The position numbers and the translations under genes are program-made. 64,000 nucleotides of DNA from Rikenellaceae bacterium (lineage in GTDB: Bacteria > Bacteroidota > Bacteroidia > Bacteroidales > Rikenellaceae), in the NCBI GenBank assembly GCA_015060075.1, contig SUZE01000007.1:9119-73118 (forward strand), in the 5' to 3' direction. This document shows positions 9,525 through 17,392 of the stretch, piece by piece. How positions within the stretch are numbered: the first letter of the stretch is position 1; each line of letters begins with the position of its first letter. The notes beneath the pieces are model-generated. The model was not told the origin of the DNA. It saw only the letters and a list, made by a program, of their open reading frames with translations, and searched no databases.

Positions 9525-10958
9525 ATGAAACAGTATAAGATGATTTTGGTAGCACTGCTCGGTTTGGTATTGACCGCTTGCTACAATAAATTCGAAGAGC
9601 CGAAACCGACCATTATCTATAATGATGAGACTTTCGAGGCTTTGAATCCCGATTTGGAGCATATTACAATCAAGGCATTGAAGGATATGTATGGCGAAAT
9701 TGAGGATAATGGTAGTACAAACAGCTTTGAGGAGACACGATATATGCACTTTGTCGGAGACCCAAAGAAGGAGTGTACGCCTTGGGAGCTTAGCCACACC
9801 AATTGGTATAATACCGGAAACTACTATATCAAGGGTAAGGTTATCTCTAACGACGAGCAGGGTAATATCTACAAGTCACTCCATATCTTCGATGGAACGG
9901 CTGCTATCGAGTTGAAACTTACCAATGGATTATATCTCGACTATCCGTGCGACCTCTCTACGGGTGAAACAATGTGGGTATATGTCAAGTTGCGTGGTTT
10001 GTATCTCGGTAACTTCCGTATGATGTTGTCGTTGGGCGATATTCCTACATCGAGTTACAACTCGTGGGGTACACCTAAATTCTACTCTAACTCTAATATC
10101 GTTAGCGTTAATAAAGTTCGCCAACATGTATTCAAGGGCGAGAAGACTATGCTCACCGAAGGTACAGCGGATAATTCAGATATTCTTGTCGTAGATAAAT
10201 CTTCCTATTCAAAACTATTTAGGAAGAAGGAGTATCTTGGTCGTTTGATTCGCTTCAAGGGGCTCAAAGTCTGCTATGCAGGTGCTCCAAACGAGGCCGG
10301 ACCGACTACAGGAATTGGCGACAATGTATATCCACAATGGCTCTGTTCGGCAGGTATTCCAACCTCTATTGGCGGTACTCCTGAGCAGGTATCACAAAAA
10401 CCATGGTATAAGATGGCTTATAGTGTTGATGGTGTAGCGCAGTATGGTAGTGTTCTTGTGACATATAGTGATACCCACCCGACATCAACCAACGCATCAG
10501 GAGTATATACCGTTCGTACAAGCGGTTACTCTCGCTTTGCCGGCAAGTTTATCCCAAAAGACGGTGCTGTTGGTGATGTGTTGGCGATATACAGTATCTA
10601 TGCGCACGATTGGGAGTATCAATATGGAACTTATCAGTTGTCTATCAATCGTTATGAGGATTTCGTATTTGATGTTGAGCCAAAGGAAACTTATCCGGCA
10701 TGGAGTAGTTTTCTCGCCCAAGTTGAAAATACATTTCCTAAATATACGCTTGTGCCTCTTACCGATGACGCTGTACATGCTGAACAAGTTGATGCTTGGA
10801 AGGCATACTATATAGCAAATAAACCTGCTGATGATGGTACCGATGAGTGGGATAAATGGAATGAGTGGGGCGATTGGGTAGTATGGTGCCTCGAAAATAC
10901 CACAAAAGAGGCTTGGTTGCTTCCACAGTATCTCACCGAAGATGATGATGCCGAGTAG
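9525..10958 (+). CDS. Surface lipoprotein, OB-fold-like (DUF5689-like) partner of the TonB receptor
   Basis: The ATG at 9525 gives MKQYKMILVALLGLVLTAC. The segment ITIKALKDMYGEI...YYIKGKVISNDEQGNIYKSLHIFDGTAAIELKL resembles the repeated modules of the 1050-3962 product. It sits where a SusD-like gene would normally be. Confidence 0.6.
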   Translation: MKQYKMILVALLGLVLTACYNKFEEPKPTIIYNDETFEALNPDLEHITIKALKDMYGEIEDNGSTNSFEETRYMHFVGDPKKECTPWELSHTNWYNTGNYYIKGKVISNDEQGNIYKSLHIFDGTAAIELKLTNGLYLDYPCDLSTGETMWVYVKLRGLYLGNFRMMLSLGDIPTSSYNSWGTPKFYSNSNIVSVNKVRQHVFKGEKTMLTEGTADNSDILVVDKSSYSKLFRKKEYLGRLIRFKGLKVCYAGAPNEAGPTTGIGDNVYPQWLCSAGIPTSIGGTPEQVSQKPWYKMAYSVDGVAQYGSVLVTYSDTHPTSTNASGVYTVRTSGYSRFAGKFIPKDGAVGDVLAIYSIYAHDWEYQYGTYQLSINRYEDFVFDVEPKETYPAWSSFLAQVENTFPKYTLVPLTDDAVHAEQVDAWKAYYIANKPADDGTDEWDKWNEWGDWVVWCLENTTKEAWLLPQYLTEDDDAE

Positions 10959-10984
10959 TAATCCCACATTCTTTGTTTGATAAA

Positions 10985-11018
10985 ATCACCGCAGGGCAAA
11001 CCTTGCGGTGATTTTTTT
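10985..11018 (+). terminator. Intrinsic terminator ending the nuclease/TonB cluster
   Basis: The stem atcaccgcaggg/ccttgcggtgat has one mismatch and is followed by a 7-T run. Confidence 0.8.
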
Positions 11019-11217
11019 GTCGTTTTTTGAACGAAAAACCGAAAGAAATTACTATTTTTGTACGGAAATGTGCCTGTAAGTGTAGTTTTTTTAGGTGGCA
11101 AAGCGTCTTATTTAAGAGGGGCAAAACAATAAAAATCCATTTCGGGCGTTGTAGTTTACGATGAGCAGACAAATTGAGATAACAAAACAATAGTTAAAAA
11201 TCCAAATTTTTGGTACA

Positions 11218-14040
11218 ATGAAACACTTATTTACATCCGTCATTGCGTTGTTGGTTACTTTCGCAGTGGCTGCGCAGCCGGGAGCGCAACAGATTCCGGT
11301 AATCCCTGCGGACAAGGCCGTTCGTGTGGGACAGTTGCCGAATGGTATGAAATACTACCTTCGTCACAATGACAAACAGAAGAATCTCGCCGACTTCTAC
11401 ATCTCGCACGATGTAGGTGCTATTCAGGAGGAGGACGACCAGCAGGGCTTGGCTCACTTCTTGGAGCACATGGCGTTTAACGGTACAAAGAACTTACCGG
11501 GCAAGATGCTTATCGAGTACCTCGAAACCGTAGGCGTAAAGTTCGGAGTAAACCTCAATGCGGGTACTTCGTGGGACTACACTCAGTATCTCTTGAAAGA
11601 TGTTCCTACAATCCGTCCGGGAATTATCGATTCGGCGCTCCTTATCCTTCACGATTGGTCGCACTTTATCGCTTTGCAGCCAAAGGAGATTGATGCCGAG
11701 CGTGGCGTTATCATGGAGGAGTTGCGTATGCGTGATGGTGCATCGTGGCGTGGAACAATTCAGCTGTTGAAGGCGGTAGGTAAGGGTACTCGCTACGAGC
11801 ACCGCAACCTTATCGGTCACCTCGATGGCTTGAAGTCGTTCGACCACTCTTCGCTCGAAAACTTCTATCACAAGTGGTATCGCCCTGAGTATCAGGCAGT
11901 AGTTGTTGTTGGAGATATCAATGTTGATGAGGTAGAGACAAAATTGCAGAAGTTGATGGCAGATATCCCTGCTTCGCCTGCTGATGCACCGCAGAAGGAG
12001 GTTATCGTAGTACCTGACAACAAGGAGCCTATCATCTCAATCTTTGAGGACCCAGAGATGACTCAGTCGAGCGCATCGCTCTTTATCAAGCGTCAGGCTC
12101 TGCCTAAGCAGTTGAATAATACTGTTGTAGCTGAGCAGTTGGCTCTTATTGATGCCTTGGCTAGCGAGATGGCAAATGCTCGTTTGCAGGAGATTGCAAT
12201 GAAGCCAAATGCTCCATTTACAGGCGCTCGCTTTATGAACGGAGGTATCGGCATCTGCTCGACTTTGGAGTGCGCAGGCGTTGATGTCAATACGCAAGAT
12301 GGCAAACTCCTCGGAGGTTTCGAGGCTGCTTATACCGAGTTGGAGCGTATCCGCCGTCACGGCTTTACCGAGAGTGAGTTGGAGCGTGCAAAGCAGAGCG
12401 TGATGAAAGAACAAGAGTTGGCATACAACAACCGTAACGACCGCAAGAATGGTCAGTATGTACAGCGCTACTTGAACGCATTCCGCAAGAACGCTGCTAT
12501 GCCTGATGCAGAGACCGAGTGGAAGTTGGATAGTATGATTATCTCGCAGTTGCAGTTGCCTATGATTAATCAGGTTGTGGCGCAGTATATCACCGACCAC
12601 AATCAGGTATTGGTCGTACAGGCTCCAAAACGTGAGGGCTTGACTAATCCTACCGAGGCGCAGTTTGCAGAGGTTTTGGCAAAGGTTAAGGCTGCGACAA
12701 TCGCACCTTATGCTGATAATACCGTTAAAGAGCCTCTTATCCCTGCCGACAAGAAGTTGAAGGGCTCGAAAGTTAAGAAGGAGAGCAAGAACGAGGAGTT
12801 TGGTACTATCGAATGGACCTTGAAAAATGGCTTGAAGGTGGTTGTTAAACCTACCAAGTTTAAGGCTGACGAGGTGCAGGTTGCTATGGTTGCACACTCG
12901 GGACAATCTTCGTTGAGCGATGAGTTGTATTGGCCATCGGCACTTCTCCCAACATTTGTAGGTCGTATGGGTGTGTCGAAGTTCTCGGCTACCGACCTTC
13001 GCAAACAACTCTCGGGTAAGAATGCACAGGTATATGTATCGCCGGATGATTATGCGTCGCAGGTTGTGGGCGTAGGCTCGCCAAAGGACCTCGAAACAAT
13101 TATGCAGTTGCTCTACTTGCAGTTTACTGACCCTCGTTTCTCGAAGGAGGACTACGATGTTGCAATGGCGCAGTTGAAGCCTTATGTTGAGAATTTGCAG
13201 ACAAACCCTGACTATATCTCGGCTGTTGAGCGTCAAAAGACTCTTTACGGCAACCATTTCCGCCGTCAGCAGATTACCCCTGCATTGCTCGACAAGGTGA
13301 AGTTTGAGCAGTTGGAGCCTGCATATAAGGCATTATTCTCGAATGCGGCAAACTTTACCACCTATATCGTAGGTAATGTGGATGTCGAGGCGTTGAAGCC
13401 TCTCGTTGAGAAGTATCTCGGCTCACTTCCTGTATCGAAGAAACTTGCCAAGAAGGTTGATGATGGCGTGCGTGCCGTTAAGGGCGAGGTTGTAAATGAC
13501 TTCAAGGTTAAGATGCAGCAGCCAAAGGTTGGCGTAACACGCATCTATACAGGTCCTATCGACTATACAATGAAGAATCGCGTTACGATGAATGTCCTCT
13601 CGCAGGTGCTTCGTAGCCGCTACACAATCTCTATCCGTGAGGAGAAGGGTGGTACTTACAGCGTAGGCGTAGGTGGTCGTGTAATGGCAGAGTATGAGCC
13701 TTGGTATCAGCTTATCGTATTGTTCGACACCAACGAGCAGATGGCTGATGAGTTGAGTCAGATTGTAGTGAAGGAGATTCAGACTATCGCTAACGAAGGC
13801 CCTAACAAGGAGGATGTAGAGAAGACTCGCAAGTACCTCTTGAAGGAGTACGAAAATCAGATTCAGCAGAATGGCAACTGGGTAGATTGGCTCGACCAGC
13901 GTGACTATCGAGGTGTAAACTATCCTGCCGAGTACAAGAAGGCAGTCGAGGAGCTGACCTACGATGATTTGAAGGCTCTCGCAGCAAAGATTTTGAAGGA
14001 TAACAATATGACCTATGTCGTAATGCGACCTGAGAAATAG
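11218..14040 (+). CDS. Secreted M16 (pitrilysin/insulinase) family zinc peptidase, tandem M16 halves
   Basis: A signal peptide is followed by the inverted zinc motif HFLEHMAFNGT (HxxEH). The 940-aa length is typical of PqqL-like double-domain M16 proteins. Confidence 0.88.
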   Translation: MKHLFTSVIALLVTFAVAAQPGAQQIPVIPADKAVRVGQLPNGMKYYLRHNDKQKNLADFYISHDVGAIQEEDDQQGLAHFLEHMAFNGTKNLPGKMLIEYLETVGVKFGVNLNAGTSWDYTQYLLKDVPTIRPGIIDSALLILHDWSHFIALQPKEIDAERGVIMEELRMRDGASWRGTIQLLKAVGKGTRYEHRNLIGHLDGLKSFDHSSLENFYHKWYRPEYQAVVVVGDINVDEVETKLQKLMADIPASPADAPQKEVIVVPDNKEPIISIFEDPEMTQSSASLFIKRQALPKQLNNTVVAEQLALIDALASEMANARLQEIAMKPNAPFTGARFMNGGIGICSTLECAGVDVNTQDGKLLGGFEAAYTELERIRRHGFTESELERAKQSVMKEQELAYNNRNDRKNGQYVQRYLNAFRKNAAMPDAETEWKLDSMIISQLQLPMINQVVAQYITDHNQVLVVQAPKREGLTNPTEAQFAEVLAKVKAATIAPYADNTVKEPLIPADKKLKGSKVKKESKNEEFGTIEWTLKNGLKVVVKPTKFKADEVQVAMVAHSGQSSLSDELYWPSALLPTFVGRMGVSKFSATDLRKQLSGKNAQVYVSPDDYASQVVGVGSPKDLETIMQLLYLQFTDPRFSKEDYDVAMAQLKPYVENLQTNPDYISAVERQKTLYGNHFRRQQITPALLDKVKFEQLEPAYKALFSNAANFTTYIVGNVDVEALKPLVEKYLGSLPVSKKLAKKVDDGVRAVKGEVVNDFKVKMQQPKVGVTRIYTGPIDYTMKNRVTMNVLSQVLRSRYTISIREEKGGTYSVGVGGRVMAEYEPWYQLIVLFDTNEQMADELSQIVVKEIQTIANEGPNKEDVEKTRKYLLKEYENQIQQNGNWVDWLDQRDYRGVNYPAEYKKAVEELTYDDLKALAAKILKDNNMTYVVMRPEK

Positions 14041-14199
14041 TTAATTGACCAATTGAGAATTGACAATTATAGGTAAAGTGCCGAGCAAAATCGCTCGGCA
14101 CTTTTTAGTTATAGTATGAGCTTATATAAATAATATTGCCTTGCAGAATATGCAAGGCAATACCTTTAATTATCAATTATCAACTGTCAATTATCAATT
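14041..14199. repeat. Palindromic word-array module: aattgac-type words (forward), two hairpins, aattatcaatt-type words (reverse)
   Basis: The left words are ttaattgaccaattgagaattgacaatt. The hairpins lie at 14075-14104 and 14134-14162. The right words are aattatcaattatcaactgtcaattatcaatt. The module fills the whole gap between two convergent genes. Confidence 0.65.
14075..14106. terminator. Probable bidirectional terminator between convergent genes
   Basis: The 12-bp stem aaagtgccgagc/gctcggcacttt has A-rich sequence upstream and T-rich sequence downstream. Confidence 0.7.
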
Positions 14200-14930
14200 T
14201 ATCTCCACTCGATACAAGCGGTGCAGGCGACTGCGCCTTCGTCATTGCGAATCTCGAAGAGCGATACACTATCTCGCTGTTCGTAGCCGATGGTCAGCAC
14301 CTCACCCAAGCGGCACTCCTTCGCAAAGTGAATATCAAGGCGTAGTGGGCGTGGCTCGGTCAGATATTCTATCGGTAAAGTATTGAGCATCATACGAATA
14401 TAACGCATTGTATTGACATGGCGATTGAAGTCTATATCGCTATAACGCACCTCGTGTTTGCGAGTTACGCTCGGCTCGATACCTCGCACCTTGCGTGGTG
14501 CTTCGCAAGGCGAAGGAGCCTCGCAGAACTTATCGGTAAAGAGGTGTTCAACCTCCTCCAACGACACCGGCATACGCTTCTCGAAGTCGATGACGCACCA
14601 CTGCGACACGGCACGACCAAACTGCTTGCCATCGTTGTCGCTCAACTCGAAATTACGAGTCGAGATGAGGCGTGAGGTGTGCGGATTTACCCAAGTGAGA
14701 ATATTATACTCCTCGTACTGCTCAGGCTGGCGGTCGAGTTCAACCGACATACGCGAGAGTACCCACGAACGGTTGTGCTGCATCAACACATCGGCACTGA
14801 TGCCCTTGTTCTTCGCATCGACTCCGGCAACATTCAGAATGTCCGAACAGAGCGATTCGATGGTTGCGTGGAGCATAAAATCAACTTTTTCGGGCGCAAC
14901 TGAAAAATTATAGTTTGTCTTCTCTGCCAT
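14199..14930 (-). CDS. Acyl-[acyl-carrier-protein] thioesterase
   Basis: The ATG at 14930 gives MAEKTNYNF. The double-hotdog acyl-ACP thioesterase pattern is present (DVLMQHNRSWVLSRMSVEL...YSDIDFNRHVNTMRYIRMML). The longer start in the ORF track lacks support. Confidence 0.8.
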   Translation of the reverse strand: MAEKTNYNFSVAPEKVDFMLHATIESLCSDILNVAGVDAKNKGISADVLMQHNRSWVLSRMSVELDRQPEQYEEYNILTWVNPHTSRLISTRNFELSDNDGKQFGRAVSQWCVIDFEKRMPVSLEEVEHLFTDKFCEAPSPCEAPRKVRGIEPSVTRKHEVRYSDIDFNRHVNTMRYIRMMLNTLPIEYLTEPRPLRLDIHFAKECRLGEVLTIGYEQRDSVSLFEIRNDEGAVACTACIEWR

Positions 14931-15117
14931 AATTCCTATTTTAATTGTTAGGCAAAAGTAACTATTTTGACAATAATCCGCAATAGAAAAGCCTAAAAAA
15001 CGACTTTTGCGACACTTTGCAGCAGTAATAGGGTGGTCTGCAAAATTTGGAAGATAGCGCATTTTTGCCTATATTCGCACTTGGTTAGTTAGGTTAACGA
15101 GAAAAAATGTTACGAAA

Positions 15118-15324
15118 ATGGGTATCAAAGTGAAACTTGACGCAGTGATGGCTCGGCGAAATATTTCGCTGACAGAGTTGTCGGAAAGAGTGGGAATAAC
15201 ACCTGCCAACCTCTCGATTTTGAAGACGGGCAAGGGTAAGGCTGTGCGCTTCTCGACACTCGAAGCCATCTGTCACGAGTTGCACTGTCAGCCAGGTGAC
15301 ATCTTGGAATATGAGGAGGAGTAA
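15118..15324 (+). CDS. Small XRE/Cro-type helix-turn-helix regulator (YozG-like)
   Basis: The 68-aa product contains LDAVMARRNISLTELSERVGITPANLSILKTGKGKAVRFSTLEAICHELHCQPGDIL, typical of the short YozG-like HTH family. Confidence 0.8.
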   Translation: MGIKVKLDAVMARRNISLTELSERVGITPANLSILKTGKGKAVRFSTLEAICHELHCQPGDILEYEEE

Positions 15325-15379
15325 CCCTCCGATGGCACCATCTTTGCACAGTAGTCTGCTTCGTAAAAGTTTATATTTT

Positions 15380-15886
15380 ATGGAGCAGACTTCTAAATAT
15401 CAGCGTAGCATCGACCGACTGAACGATGCACTTGGCAAGGAGATTTCTTCAACCTTGCAGTATATCTATTTCCACACCATCTTCGAGGATGCGGGCTATG
15501 AACATTTGGCCCGACTGATGCGCCGTATCTCGATTGCCGAGATGGAGCATATCGAGCATATTGCCGAGCGAATTTTGTTCCTCAATGGCAAGGTTGATAT
15601 GAACCCTTCGGAGCGTGCACGACAGATTGACGAGCCGGTCGAGGCGTTGTATTTTGCCGTAAAGTTGGAGCAGAGTACTATCGACCACTACAACGAGTAT
15701 TCGCGCCTTTGTGCAGCGGAAGATGACTCTGTTACGCACAAGATATTTCAGGATATGGCGGCGGAAGAGGAGGAGCACCTCGATATTTTCCGTACCGAGT
15801 GGCAGAACTTGCTCGACTACGGCTCGCACTACCTCGCCCTGCAATCCATCGCCAACAGCAAACACAAGTCGAAAGGGGAGAAGTAG
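15380..15886 (+). CDS. bfr: Bacterioferritin-like ferritin-fold protein
   Basis: The ATG at 15380 gives MEQTSKYQ. Di-iron ligand blocks are EISSTLQYIYFH, IAEMEHIEHIAERILFLNG and AAEEEEHLDIF. Confidence 0.75.
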   Translation: MEQTSKYQRSIDRLNDALGKEISSTLQYIYFHTIFEDAGYEHLARLMRRISIAEMEHIEHIAERILFLNGKVDMNPSERARQIDEPVEALYFAVKLEQSTIDHYNEYSRLCAAEDDSVTHKIFQDMAAEEEEHLDIFRTEWQNLLDYGSHYLALQSIANSKHKSKGEK

Positions 15887-15935
15887 AAATGCAAAATTCA
15901 AAATTCAAAATGCAGAGTTAAAAGTTAAATACTCC

Positions 15936-15972
15936 GTCATTGCGAGGCTTGGCACAAGCCGTGGCAATCTCC
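15936..15972. repeat. Single copy of the GTCATTGCGAG-hairpin-GGCAATCTCC repeat unit
   Basis: The sequence gtcattgcgaggcttggcacaagccgtggcaatctcc matches the two units at 731-766 and 789-827. Confidence 0.7.
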
Positions 15973-16064
15973 CTTACATCGGCTTTTAGCCATTAGCCAT
16001 TGGCTTTTACGATTATCGCCTCGCAGATTATTCTGCGAGGCGATATTGCTATATTATTCAAGGT

Positions 16065-16688
16065 CTAATCATTTAAGTTTTTTAGATGGTATGCTATTGC
16101 ATCATTCATCATCTTGCTAACTTCGAGTACCTGATTTACAATAGTAACAAGATATGTTCTAACTGCTGGCATATTATGCATTATGGATTCAGCCGAAATC
16201 AATATTGCATCATCTGCATTGGAATATATCGCTTTGATGCACGATAAATTTTGGGAGATATGGTTACAAGCTTTGTATATAGCAAGCTCCTCTTTGGCTG
16301 TAAATGGTCTATCTTTGAGTGCATCCAAATTCTTTATATTGTATACAGGTGTTCTAACCAACAATATATTGCCTTGAAGTTCTAATCCAATACCCTTGCC
16401 TTCGCAGTTTAGCAAGATGAAAGTTCCGTTATCTCGGACTTCGTGAGGAAGATTTTCTGCTTGCAAGTATTCTTGTATAGCGCTCATACTAATTCCTGGC
16501 GTAAGAGCCTCTAAAACAGCCTTTGCCATACCATCGCCCTTTTCGGCTTGTCGTTGGAGTTTTGTCTTTTTTGCAGGCTGTTCTGTCTTCTGCTTTGGCG
16601 TTTTCTGTTTCTCCTGCTTCTCCGAAGCAACTCCCTGCTGCACACCCAATAATAAAAGGGAGAGGAGGATGGTTAATGTCTTTTTCAT
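16065..16688 (-). CDS. Secreted hypothetical protein, last gene of the AT-rich island
   Basis: It has a signal peptide (MKKTLTILLSLLLLGVQQGVAS), a Lys/Gln-rich linker and a globular domain of about 150 aa. A YbjN/chaperone-like fold is only a weak impression. The gap to the upstream gene is 11 nt. Confidence 0.6.
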   Translation of the reverse strand: MKKTLTILLSLLLLGVQQGVASEKQEKQKTPKQKTEQPAKKTKLQRQAEKGDGMAKAVLEALTPGISMSAIQEYLQAENLPHEVRDNGTFILLNCEGKGIGLELQGNILLVRTPVYNIKNLDALKDRPFTAKEELAIYKACNHISQNLSCIKAIYSNADDAILISAESIMHNMPAVRTYLVTIVNQVLEVSKMMNDAIAYHLKNLND

Positions 16689-16699
16689 AGAAATAAAGT

Positions 16700-17392
16700 T
16701 TAGTCGTTTTTGTCCTCTTGGAAAAGATTTAGTTGCGATTTTTTAGCCTCTTTTTGTCGTTTTCTGCGTTCAGAGGCAAGTTCTTTTTCTCGTTTTTTAC
16801 TCTCTTCTTTCGTCAAAGGAATAAATATATCATTGTTATTAGGATAGTTGCCTTCTATGTATAATTTTACTAATCCTGCATGAGATATAGGCTTTGTTAT
16901 ATCCCTAAATTCTGTATTGGTATTATAATCAAGGAGGACAATATCACTTTTATTTGATTGCTCTTTGATGCGAGATATAACATGTCTTACCTCTGGAATA
17001 TTATCTAATACCCATTTATATGTAGGTAGATAAATCTGCATACGAGCATCAAAATAATTTAGCAACTCTTTGCTCCTTGCTCCTTTTGCATGTCCTAGCA
17101 TTTTACCGTATTTACGAATAGTGCGTTTAACATCTTTTTGAGTATCATTTCTAAATGTTCGAAAATCGACTCCATGATGTTTGAATACTTTTAAGCCTTG
17201 CCATACCGACTCAACACAGGTTGCTGTTAAGCCATCTGTAAATGGAATGGGAATGTTTCCATGAGGATAAAATGGGCTTAATATCTGACCTGAATGTAAA
17301 GGGGAAGTTGATGTTATATCCAAAATAATGGCATTCGGAAATTCTGCCTTAATACTCTCTAATTTTCGTTTTTTATTTGCAATGTAAATCAT
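16700..17392 (-). CDS. Hypothetical protein with weak NADAR (YbiA/DUF1768)-like N-terminal motif and a Lys/Glu-rich tail; candidate antidote to the DarT-like protein
   Basis: Its start overlaps the upstream stop by 4 bp (ATGA at 17389-17392). The block SPFYPHGNIPIPFTDGLTATCVESVWQGLKVF resembles the NADAR block FSNF..DG...SxEHxFQxxKF. The C-terminal D..WG.G NADAR motif was not seen. Confidence 0.55.
   Translation of the reverse strand: MIYIANKKRKLESIKAEFPNAIILDITSTSPLHSGQILSPFYPHGNIPIPFTDGLTATCVESVWQGLKVFKHHGVDFRTFRNDTQKDVKRTIRKYGKMLGHAKGARSKELLNYFDARMQIYLPTYKWVLDNIPEVRHVISRIKEQSNKSDIVLLDYNTNTEFRDITKPISHAGLVKLYIEGNYPNNNDIFIPLTKEESKKREKELASERRKRQKEAKKSQLNLFQEDKND

Noticed and set aside
15118-15886. 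The HTH gene plus the downstream gene as a toxin-antitoxin pair.
   Set aside because: The downstream product is a clear ferritin-fold (bacterioferritin-like) protein with di-iron ligands, not a toxin. The two genes are separated by 55 nt.
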